The notes under the pieces are model-generated. The model had not been told where the DNA came from and did no database searches. It worked only from the letters and a program-made list of their open reading frames with translations. DNA of 64,000 bases from the human T2T-CHM13v2.0 reference genome, Homo sapiens, in assembly GCF_009914755.1 (NCBI RefSeq), contig NC_060946.1. The stretch is one strand, 5' to 3'. Of the stretch, positions 43,601-59,800 are shown in pieces. The translations under genes and the position numbers were made by a program. The first letter of the stretch is position 1. Every line of letters starts with the position of its first letter.

Positions 43601-46600
43601 AAGAGGATATTTGAAGTGCTTTGAGATCTTCATTGGTAACGGAAATATCTTCACATATAAGCTAGACAGAAGCATTCTCAAAAACTTCTTTGTGATGTGT
43701 ACATTCATCTCACAGAGTTGAACCTTTCTTTTGATAGAGCAGTTTTGAAACAGTCTTTTTGTAGTATGTGCAATTGGACATTTGGAGAGCTTTGAGGCCA
43801 GTGGTGGAAAAGGAAATATCTTCACATAAAAATTAGACCGCAGCATTCTCAAAACTTCTTTGCAATGTTTACATTCAGCTCTCAGAGTTGAACATACCTT
43901 TTCTTAGCGCAGTTTGGAAACACTTTTTTTGTAGAATCTGCAAGTGGATATTTGGACTGCTTTGAGGCCTTCGTTGGAAACGGGGATATCTTCACATATA
44001 AGATAGACAGAAACATTCTCAGAAACTACTTTGTGATGTGTACATTAAACTCACAGAGTTGAAGCTTTCTTTTGATAGAGCAGTTTTGAAACACTCTTTT
44101 TGTAGAATCTGCAAGTGGACATTTGGAGAGCTTAGAGGCCTGTGGTGGAAAAGGGAATCTCTTCACATAAAAACTAGACAGAAGCATTCTCAGAAAATTC
44201 TTTGTGTTGTTCACATTCAACACACAGAGTTGAACACACCTGTTCATAGAACAGTTTGAAACCCTCTTTTCGTAGAATCTGCAGGTGGGTATTTGGACTG
44301 CTTTGAGGCCTTCTTTGGAAATGGGAATATCTTCACATAAAAACGAGACAGAAGCATTCTCATAAACTTCTTTGTGATGTGTGCCTTCAAATCACAGATT
44401 GGAACCTTTCTTTTGAGAGAGCAATTTTGAAACACTCTTTTTGTAGAATCTGCAAGTGGACATATGGAAAGATTTGAGGTCTCTGGTGGAAAAAGAAATA
44501 TCTTTACATAAAAACTAGACAGAAACATTCTCAGAAACTTCTTTGTGCTGTTTGCATTCAACTCAAAGAGTTGAACCTACCTTTACATACAGCAGATTTG
44601 AAACACTCTTTTCGTAGAATCTGCAAGTGGACATTAGGAATACTTCAGGGCCTTCATTGGAAACGGGAATGTCTTCACAAAAAAACTAGGCAGAAGCATT
44701 CTCACAAACATCTTTGTGATGTGTGCATTCAACTCACAGAGTTGGAACTTTATTTTGATAGAGCAGTTTGGAAACACTCTTTTTATAGAAACTGCAAGTG
44801 GACATTTGGAGAGCTTTGAGGTCTATGGTGGAAATGGAAATATCTTCACATAAAAACCAGACAGAAGCATTCTCAGAAACTTCTTTGTGATGTTTGCATT
44901 CAACTCACAGTGTTGAACATACCTATTCATAGTTCAGTTCTTAAACACTCTTTTCATAGAATCTGCAAGTGTATGTTTAGATGGCTTTGAGGCCTTTGTT
45001 GGAAACGGAAATATCTTCACATATACGCTAGACAGAAGCATTATCAGAAACTTCTTTGTGATGAGTACATTCAACTGACAGAGTTGAACCTTTCTTTTGA
45101 TAGAGCTTTTTTGAAACACTATTTTTGCAGATTCTGCAGTGTATATTTGGTGAGCTTTGAGGCCTATGATGGAAAAGAAATATCTTCACAATAAAACCAG
45201 ACAGAAGCATTCTCACAAACTTCTTCCTGATGTTTGCATTCAACTCACAGAGTTGAACATACCTTTTCATACAGCAGTTTTGAAACATTCTTTTCGTAGA
45301 ATGTGTAAGTGGATATTTGGACTGCTTTGAGGCCTTAGTTGGAAGGGCGAATATCTTCATATAAAATCTAGACAGAAGCATTCTCAGAAACTTCTCTGTG
45401 ATGTGTGCATTCAACTCACAGAGTTGACCCTTTCTTCTGATAGAGCAGTTTTGAAACACTCTTTTTGTAGAATATGCAAGTGTACAATTCATGAGCTTTG
45501 AGGCCTATGGTGGAAAAGGAAATATCTTCACATGAAAACCATACAGAAGCATTCTCAGAAACTACATTGTGATGTTTGCATTCAACTCACAGAGTTGAAC
45601 CTAACTTTTCATACAGCAGTTTTGAAACACACTTTTCGTAGAATCTGCAATTGGGTATTTGGACTACTTAGAGGTCTTTGTGGGAGATGGGAATACCTTC
45701 ACATAAAATCTAGGCAGAAGCATTCTAAGAAACCTCTTTGTGATGTGTGCATTCAACTCACAGGGTTGAACTTTTCTTTTGATAGAGCAGTTTTGAAACA
45801 CTCTTTTTGTAGAATCTGCAAGTGGATATTTGGAAAGCTTTGAGGCCTATGGTGGAAATGGAAATATCTTCACATAAAAAACAGACAGAAGCGTTCTCAG
45901 AAACTTCTTTGTAATGTTTGTATTCAACTCACAATGTTGAACGTATCTTTTCATAGAGCAGTTTTGAAACACTCTTTTCGTAGAATCTGCAAGTGGATAT
46001 TTAAACTGCTTTGAGGCCTTCATTGGAAACGGGAATATCTGCACATAAAATCTAGACAGAAGCATTCTCAGAAACTTTTTTTTGATGTGTGCATTCAACT
46101 CACAGAGATGAACCTTTCTTCTGATAGAGCAGTTTTGAAACACTCTTTTTGTAGTATCTGCAAGTGTACATTTGTTCAGCTTTGAGGCCTACGGTGGAAA
46201 AGGAAATATCTTCACAAAAAAACCAGCAGAAGCATTCTCTCAAACTACTTTGTGATGTTTGCATTCAATTCACAGAGTTGAACATACCTTTTCATACGGC
46301 AGTTTTGAAACACTCTTTTCATAAAATCTGCAAGTGGATATTTGGACTGCTTTGAGGCCTTCGTTGTAACGGCGAATATCTTCACATAAAATCTAGACAG
46401 ATGCATTCTCAGAAACTTCTTTGTGATGTATGCATTCAACTCTGTGAGTTGATAGAGCAGTTTTGAAACACTCATTTTGTAGAATCAGGAAGTGGACCTT
46501 TGGAGAGCTTTGAGGCCTAAGGTGAAAAGGTTATATCTTCATACAAAAACAAGACAGAAGCATTCTCAGAAACTACTTTGTGATATTTGCATTCAACTCA

Positions 46601-49600
46601 CAGAGTTGAACATACCTATACATAGAGGGGTCATGAAACACTATTTTCGTAGAATCTGCAGCGGATATTTGGACGGCTTTGAGGCCTTCATTGGAAATGG
46701 GAATATCTTCCCATATAAGCTAGACAGAAGCAGTCTCAGAAATTTCTTTGTGATGAGTACATTCAACTAACGGAGTTGAAACTTTCTTTTGATAGAGCAG
46801 TTTCAAACACTCCTTTTGTAGAATCTGCAAGTGTACAATTGATGAGCTTTGAGGCCTATGGGGGAAAGGAAATATCTTCACATAAAATCCTGACAGAAGC
46901 TTTCTCACAAATTTCTTTGTGATGTTTGCATTCAACTCACAGAGTTGAACATACCTTTTCTAAGGGCAGTTTTGAAACACTGTTTTCATGGTATCTGCCA
47001 GTGGATGTTTGGACTGCTTTGAGGCCTTCGTTGGAAACGGGAATATCTTCACATAAAAACTAGATAGATGCCTTCTCAGAAACTTCTTTGTGATATGTGC
47101 ATTCAACTCAGAGAATTGAACCTTTCTTTTCATAGAGCAGTTTTGAAACACTGTTTTTGGAGAATCAGCAAGCGGACATATGGAAAGTTTGAGGCCTATG
47201 GTGGAAAAGGAAATATCTTCACATAAAAACCAGACAGAAACATTCTCAGAAACTTCTTTGTGACGTCTGCATTCAACAACTCACAGAGTTGAACCTACCT
47301 TTTCATAGAGCAGTTTTGAAACAGTCTTTTTGTAGAATCTGCCATTTAATATTTGGACTACTTTGAGGCATTCTTTGGAAACGGGAATATCTTCACATAA
47401 AATCTAGACAGAAGCATTCTCAGAAACTTCTTTGAGATGTGTGCATTCAACTCATGGAGTTTAACATTTCTTTTGATAGAGCAGTTTTGAAACACTCTTT
47501 TGGTAAAATCTGCAATTGAACATTTGTAGATCATTGTGGCCTATGGCGTAAAAGGAGATATCTTCACATATAAACTAGACAGAAGCATTCTCAGAAACTT
47601 CTTTGTGATTTGTGCACTCAACTTACAGAGTTGAACCTTTCTTTTGATAGAGCGGTTTTGAAACACTCTCTCCATAGAATCTGCAACTGGATATTCGGAC
47701 TGCTATGAGGCCTTAGTTGGAAACGCAAATATCTTCACATAAAATCTAGACAGAAGCTTTCTCAGAAACTTCTTTGTGATGTCTGCATTCAATTCAGAAA
47801 GTTGAACCTTTCTTTTAATAGAGCAGTTTTGAAACACTCTTTCTGTAGAATCTGGAAGTGGACATTTGGAGAGTTTTGAGGCCTAAGGTTGGAAAGTATA
47901 TATCTTCACATGAAAACCAGACAGCAGCATTCTCTGAAACTACTTTGTGATGTTTGCATTCAACTCACCGATTTGAACATTCCTATTCATAGAGGGGTTC
48001 TGAAACTCTCTTTTCGTAGAATCTGCAAGCGGATATTTTGAGGTCTTTGATGCCTTCGTTGGAAATGGGAATATCTTCACATATGAACTAGACAGAAGAA
48101 TTCTCAGAAACTCCTTTGTGATGAGTCCATTCAACTGACAGAGTTGAAGCTTTCTTTTGATAGAGCAGTTTTGAAACACTCCTTTTGTAGAATCTGCAGG
48201 TGTACAAGTGGTGAGCTTTGAGGCCTATGGTCGAAGAGGAAACATCTTAACATAAAAAGATGCATTCTAACGAATTTCTTTGTGATGTTTGCATTCAACT
48301 CACAGAGTTGAACATACGTTTTCTAAGAGCAGTTTTGGAACACATTTTTTGTAGTATCTGCCAGTGGATATTTGGACCGCTTTGATGCCTTCGTTGGAAA
48401 CGGAAATATCTTCACGTAAAAACTAGAAACAAGCATCCTCAGACACTTCTTTGTGATGTGTGCATTCAACACACAGAGTTGAACCTTTCTTTTGATAGAG
48501 CAGTTTTGAAACAGTCTTTTTGTAGAATCTGAAAATGGACGTATGAAAGCTTTGAGGCCTATGGTGGAAAAGGAAATATCTACACATAAAAACTAGACAG
48601 AAGAAATCTCACAAACTTCTTTGTGATGTTTGCATTCAACTCACTGAGCTGAACCTACCTTTTCGTACAGCAATTTGAAGCACTCTTTTCGTAGAATCTG
48701 CAATTGGATATTTTTACTACTTTGAGGCCTTCGTTGTAAACGGAAATATCTTCAAATAAAATCTAGACAGAAGCATTCTCAGAAGCTACTTTGTGATGTG
48801 TGCATTTAACACACAGATTTGAACCTTTTTTTTTTGATAGAGAAGTATTGAAACACTCTTTTTGTAGAATCTGCAAGTGACCATTTGGAAAGATTTGAGG
48901 CCTATGGTGGAAAAGGAAATATCTTCACATAAAAACCAGACAGAAGCATTCTCAGAAACTTCTTTCAGATGTTTTCATTAAACTCACAAAGTTGAACATA
49001 CCTTTTCATACAGCAGTTTTGAAACACTCTTTTCATAAGATCTTCAAGTGGATATTTGGACCCCTTTGAGGCCTTCATTGGAAATGGGAATAACTTCCCA
49101 TAAAATCGAGACAGAAGCATTCTCAGAAGCTACTTTGTGATGTGTGCATTTAACACACAGATTTGAACCTTTTTTTTGATAGAGAAGTATTGAAACACTC
49201 TTTTTGTAGAATCTGCAAGTGACCATTTGGAAAGATTTGAGGCCTATGGTGGAAAAGGAAATATCTTCACATAAAAACCAGACAGAAGCATTCTCAGAAA
49301 CTTCTTTCAGATGTTTTCATTAAACTCACAAAGTTGAACATAACTTTTCATACAGCAGTTTTGAAACACTCTTTTCGTAAGATCTTCAAGTGGATATTTG
49401 GACCCCTTTGAGGCCTTCATTGGAAATGGGAATAACTTCCCATAAAATCGAGACAGAAGCATTCTCAGAAACTTCTTTGTGATGTGTGCATTCAACTCAC
49501 AGACTTGAACGTTTCTTTTGATAGAGCAGTTTTGAAACAATCTTTTTGTAGAATCTGGAAGTGGACATTTGGAGAGATTTGAGGCGTATGCTGGAAAAGG

Positions 49601-52600
49601 AAATATCTTCACATAAAAACGATACAGAAGCAGGCTCAGAAACTACAGTGTGATGTTTGCATTCAACTCACAGAGTTGAACCTACCTTTTCATACAGCAG
49701 TTTTGAAACACTCTTTTCATAGAATCTGCAATCGGATATTTGGACTACTTTCAGGCCTTCGTGGGAGACGGGAATACCTTCACATAAAATCTAGACAGAA
49801 GCATTCTCAGAAACTTCTTTGTGATGTGAGCATTCAACTCATAGAGTTGAACCTTTCTTTTGATAGAGCAGTTTTGAAACACTCTTTATGTAGGATCTGC
49901 AAGTGGATATTTGGAAAGCTTTGAGACCTATGGTGGAAAAGGAAATACCTTCAGATAAAAACCAGACAGAAGCATTCTCAGAAACTTCTTTGTGATGTTT
50001 GCATTCAACTCACAGAGTTGAATGTAACTTTTCATAGAGCAGTTTTGAAACACTCTTTTCGTAGAATCTGCAAGTGGATATTTGGACTGTGTTGAGGCCT
50101 TAGTTAGAAAGGCAAATATCTTCACATAAAATCTAGGCAGAAGTATCCTCAGAAACTTCTTTGTGATGTGTGCATTCAACTCACAGAGAGGAACCTTTCT
50201 TTTGATAGAGCAGTTTTGAAACACTCTTTCTGTAGAACCTGGAAGTGGACATTTGGAGAGCTTTGAGGCCTAAGGTGGACAGGGATATATCTTCACATAA
50301 AAACCAGACAGAAGCATTCTCAGAAACTTCTTCGTGATATTTGCATTCAACTCACAGTGTTGAACATACCCATTCAGAGAGGGGTTCTGAAACACTATTT
50401 TCGTAGTATCTGCAGCGGATATTTGGACGGTTTGAGGCCTTCATTGGAAACGGGAATATCTTCACATATAAGCTAGACAGAAGGATTATCAGAAACTTCT
50501 TTGTGATAAGTACATTCAACTGACAGAGTTGAACCTTTCTTTTGATAGAGCAGTTTCAAACACTCCTTTTGTAGAATCTGCAAGTGTACAATTGGTGAGC
50601 TTTGAGGCCTATGTTGGAAAAGGAAATATCTTCACATAAAAACCAGACAGAAGCATTCTCACAAATTTCTTTGTGATGTTTGCATTCAACTCACAGAGTT
50701 TAACATACCTTTTCTAATAACAGTTTTTAAACACTCTTTTCATAGAATCGGCCAGTGGATATTTGGACTGCTTTGAGGCCTTCGTTGGAAACGGGAATAT
50801 CTTAACATAAAAACTAGACAGAAGCATTCACAGAAACTTCTTTGTGATGAGTGCATTAAACTCACCGAGTTGAACCTTTCTTTTAATAGAGCAGTTTTGA
50901 AACACTCTTTTTGTAGAATCTGGAAGTGGACATTTGGAGAGCTTTGTGGCCTATGTTGGAAAAGGAAATATCTTCACATAAAAACCAGACAGAAGCATTC
51001 TCAGAAACTTCTTTACGATGTTTGCATTCAACTCACAGAGTTGAACCTACCTTTTCATAGAGCAGTTTTGAAACAGTCTTTTCGTAGAATCTGCCATTTG
51101 ATATTTGGACTACTTTGAGGCCTTCGTTGGAAACGGGAATATCTTCACACAAAATCTAGACAGAAGCATTCTCAGAAACTTCTTTGTGTTGTGTACATTC
51201 AACTCACGGAGTTTAACATTTCTTTTGAGACAGCAGTTTTAAAACTCTCTTTGATACAATCTGCAATTGAACATTTGTAGATCATTGTGGCATCCGGTGG
51301 AAAAGGAGATATCTTGACATGTAAACTAGACAGAAGCATTCTCAGAAACTTCTTTGAGTTGTGTGCATTCAACTCACGGAGTTTAATATTTCTTTTGAGA
51401 GAGCAGTTTTGAAACACTGTTTGGTACAATCTGCAATTGAACATTTGTAGATCATTGTGGCCTATGGTGGAAAAGGAGATATCTTGACATATAAATGAGA
51501 CAGAAGCACTCTCAGACACTTCTTTGTGATGTGCGCATTCAACTTACAGAGTTGAACCTTTCTTTTGATAGGGCAGTTTTGAAACACTTTTTTATAGAAT
51601 CCAGAAGTGGACATACAGAGAGCTTTGAGGCCTAATTTGGAAAAGGAAATATCTTCACATAAAAACCAGACAGAAGCATTCTCACAAATTTCTTTGCGAT
51701 GTTTGCATTCAATCACAGAGTTGAACATACATTTTCTAAGAGCAGTTTTCAAATACTTTTTTCGTAAAATCTGTCAGTGGATATTTGGATTGCTTTGAGG
51801 CCTTTGTTGGAAACGGGAATTTCTTCACATAAAATCAAGACAGAAGCATTCTCAAAAACCTTTTGACCTGTGGGCATTCAGCTCACGGAGTTTAACATTC
51901 CTTTTGATACGGCAGTTTTGAAACAATCTTTTTGTAAACTCTGCAAGTGGACATTTGTAGACCATTGTGGCCTACGGTGGAAAGGAGATATCTTCACATA
52001 TAAACTAGACAGAAACATTCTCAGAAACTTCTTTGTGATGTGTGCATTCAACTCACAGAGTTGAACCTTTCTTTTAATAGAGCAGTTTTGAAACACTCTT
52101 TTTGTAGAATCTGCAAGTGTACATTTGGTGAGATTGAGGCCTATGGTGGAAAAGAAAATATCTTCACATAAAAACCAGACAGAAGCATTCTCACAAATTT
52201 CTTTGTGATGTTTCCATTCAACTCACAAAGTTGAACATATCTTTTCATACAGCAGGTTTGAAACACACTTTTCGTAGAAGTTGCAAGTGGATATTTGGAA
52301 TGCTTGGAGGAATTCGTTGGAAACGGGAATATCTTCACATAAAATTTAGACAGAAGCAATCTCAGAAACTTCCTTGTGATGAGTACATTCGACTGACAGA
52401 GTTGAACCTTTCTCTTGATAGAGCAGTTTTGAAACACTCTTTTTGTAGAATCTACAAGTGTACATTTTGTGAGTTTGAGGCATATGGTGGAAAAGGAAAT
52501 AATGTTCACATAAAAACCAGACAGAAGCATTCTCAGGAACTTCTTTGTGATATTTGCATTCAATTCACAGAGTTGAACATACCTTTTAATGGAGCAGTTT

Positions 52601-53385
52601 TGCAAAATTCTTTTCATAGGTTCTGCAATTGGATATTTGGACTGCTTTTAGGCCTTCCTTGGAAACGGGAATATCTTCACATAAAAAGTAGACAGAAGCA
52701 TTCTCAGAAACTTCTTTGTGATGTGTCCATTCAACTCACAGAGCTGAACATTTCTTTTGATAGAGCAGTTTGAAACACTCTCTTTGTAGAATCTGCAAGT
52801 CGACATTTCGAGACCTTTGAGGCCTATGGTGGAACAGTAAATATCTTCAAATAAAAACCAGACAGAAGCATTCTCAGAAATTTCTTTGTTATGTTTGCAT
52901 TCAACTCACAGAGTTAAACATACCTTTTCATAAAGCAGTTTTGAAACACTCTTTTCGTAGTATCTGCATATGGATATTTTTACTGCTTTGAGGCCTTCAT
53001 TGGAAATGGGAATATCTTCATATAAAAACTAGACAGAAGCATTCTCAGAAACGTCTTTGTGATGTGTGCATTCCACTCACAGAGCTGAACCTTTCTTTTG
53101 ATAGAGCTGTTTTGAAACACTCTTTCGTGGAATCTGCAACTGGACATTTGGAGAGCTTTGAGGCCTATGGTGGAAATGAAATATCTTCACATAAAAACTA
53201 GACAAAAGCATTCTCAGAAACTTCTTTCTGATGTTTTCATTCAACTCATGGAGTTGGACATACCTTTTTATAGCCCAGTTTTGAAACACATTTTTGGTAG
53301 AATCTGCAAGTTGATATTTGGACTGCTTTGAGGCCTTCATTGGAAATGGGAATAACTTCACCATAAATACTTGTCACAAGCACCT
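40658..53385 (+). repeat. Alpha satellite, mixed A/B type, forward orientation, with relic multi-monomer duplications
   Basis: Same monomer types as 27926-34606, with CENP-B boxes and duplicated blocks (see findings). Confidence 0.95.
48765..49470 (+). repeat. Near-perfect tandem duplication of an alpha dimer (period ~344 bp)
   Basis: AGAAGCTACTTTG...GGACCCCTTTGAGG...TAACTTCCCATAAAATCGAG occurs at 48781 and 49125. The copies differ by a T-run length and about two substitutions. Confidence 0.93.
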
Positions 53386-56848
<3,463 letters not shown>

Positions 56849-59800
56849 GAAACTGCTTTTTGATGTGTGCATACAATTCACAATGTTGAACCTTTCTTTT
56901 GATTGAGCAGTTTTGAAACAGTCTTTTTGTAGAATCTGCAAGTGGGTATTTGGAGCGCTTTGAGGCCTATGGTGGAAAAGGAAATATCTTCACATAAAAA
57001 CTAGACAGAAGAATTCTGAGAAACTTCTTTGTGATGTTTGCATTCATCTCACACAGTTGAACGTTTCTTCGATTGAGCAGGTTTTGAAACAATCCTTTTG
57101 TAGAATCTGCAATTGGATATTTGGAGCACTATGTGGCCTAAGGTGGAAAAGGAAATATCTTCACATAAAAAACTAGACAGAAGCATTCTGAGAAACCTCT
57201 TTAGAAAGCGTGCATTCAACTCACAGACTTGAACCTTTCATTTGATTGAGCATTTTTCATACACTCTTTTTCTAGAATCTGAAAGTGGCTATTTGCAGCG
57301 CTTTGTGGCCTATAGTGGAAAAGGAAATATCTTCACATTAAAACTAGACAGAAGCATTCTGAGAGACTGCCTTCTGATATGAGCATTCAACTTACAGAGT
57401 TGAACCTTTCCTTTTATTGAGCAGTTTGGAAACAGCCTTTTTGTAGTATCTGCAAATGGATATTTGGATCACTTTGAGGCCTATAGTGTAAAAGGAAATA
57501 CCTTCACATAAAAAGTAGACAGAAGCATTCCGAGAAACTTCTTTGTGATGTGTGCATTCATCTCACAGATTTGAACCTTTTTTTTTTATTGAGCAGTTTA
57601 GAAACACTCTTTTTGTAGAAACTGCCAGTGGACATTTGGAGAGCTTAGTGGTCTAGAGTGGAAAAGGAAATATCTTCACATAAAAAATAGACAGAAGCAT
57701 TCTGAGAAACTTCTTTGTGATGTGGGCATTCACCTAACGGAGTTGAAACTTTCTTTTGATTCAGCTGTTTTGAAACACTCTTTTTCTGGAATCTGCCCGT
57801 GGATATTTGGAATATATTGAGGCCTATAATGGAAAAGGAAATATCTTCACTTAAAAACTAGACACAAGCATTCTGAGAAACTTCTTTGTGATGTGCACAT
57901 TCATCTAATAGAGTTCAACCTTTCTTTTGATTGAGCAGTTTTGAAACTCTTTTTGTAGAATTGGCAAGTGGATATATACAGTGCTTTGAGTCCTATGGTG
58001 GAAAAGGAAATAACTTCACATAAAAGCTAGACAGAACAATTCTGAGAAACTTCTTCGTGATGTGTGCATTCATCTCACAGAGTTCAAAATTTCTTTTGAC
58101 TGAGCAGTTTTGAAACACTCTTTTTGTAGAATCTGCATGTGGATATTTGGAGCGCTTTGTGGCCTATGGTGGAAAAGGAAATATCTTCACATAAAAACTA
58201 CGCAGAAACTTGTGAGAAACTTCTTTGTGATGTGTGCATTCAACTCACAGAGTTGAAACTTTCTTTTGGTTGAGGAGTTTTGAAACACTCTTTTTGTAGT
58301 ATCTACAAATGGATACTTGGAGCAGTTTGAGGCGTATAGAGGAAAAGGAAAAATCTTCACAAAAATACTAGACAGAAGTAATTTGAGAAACTTCTTTCTG
58401 ATGTGTGCATTCACCTCACAGAGTTGAAACTTTCTTTTGATTGAGCAGTTATGAATCCCTCTTTTTGTAGAATCTGCAAGTGGATATTTGGAGTGCTTTG
58501 TGGCCTCCAGTGGAAAAGGAAATATCTTCTCCTAAAAAATAGACAGAAGCATTCTGAGAAACTTCTTTGTGATGTGTGTATTCGTCTCACAGAGTTGAAT
58601 ATTTATTTTGATTGAGCAGTTTTGAAAAACTCTTTTTGTATAATCTGCTAGTGGATATTTGGAGCACTTTGAGGCCTATGGTGGAAAAGGAAATATCTTC
58701 ACATAAAAACAACACAGAAGCTCTCTGAGAAACTTCTTTGTGATGTTTGCATTCATCTCACAGTGTTGAACATTTCTTTTGATTGAGCAGTTTAGAAACA
58801 CTCTCTTTGTAGAATCTGCAAGAGGATATTTGGAGCGCTTTGTGGCCAATGGTGTAAAAGGAAATATCTTCACATAAAAACTAGACAGAAGGAAACTGAG
58901 AAACATCTTTGTGATGTGTGCATTCATCTTAAAGAGTTGAATTTTTCTTTTTATTGAGCAGTTTTGAAACACTCCTTCTGTAGAATCTGCAAGTGGACAT
59001 TTGGAGCGCTGTGTGGCCTGTGGTTTAAAAGGAAATATCTTCACATAAAAACAAGACAGAAGCATTCTGAGAAACTTCTTTGTCATGTGTGCATTCATCT
59101 CACAGAGTTGAAACTTTCTTTTGATTGAGCAGTTTTGAAACACTGTTTTTGTAGTATCTGCAAATGGATATTTGGAGCGGATTGAGGCCTATGGTGGAAA
59201 AGGACATATCTTCACATAAATACTATACAGAAGCATTCTGAGAAACTTATTTGTGATGTGTGCATTCAACTCACAGAGTTGAAACTTTCTTTTGATTGAG
59301 CAGTTTTGAAACACTCTTCTTGTAGAATCTGCAATTGGATATTTGGAACGCATTGAGGCCTATGGTGGAAAAGGAAATATCTTCACATAAAAAATTGACA
59401 GAAGCATTCTGAGAAACGTTTTTCTGTTGTGTGCATTCATCTCACAGAGTTGAACCCTTCTTTTCATTGAGCGGTTTTGAAACAGTCCTTTTGTAGAATC
59501 TGCAAGTGGATGTTTGGAGCACTTTGGGGCCTACGGTGGAAAAGGAAATATCTTCACAAAAAAACTAACCAGGAGCATTCTGAGAAATTTCTTTATGTTG
59601 TTAGCATTCATTTCACAGAGTTGAAACTTTCTTTTAATTGAGCAGTGTTGAAACACACTTTTAGTGCAATCTGCAAGTGGATATTTGGAGCACTTTGAGG
59701 CTTATGGTGGAAAAAGAAATATCTTCATATAAAAACTAGACAGAAGCATTCTGAGAACCTTGTTTGTGATGGATGAATTCAACTCACAACGTTTAACCTT

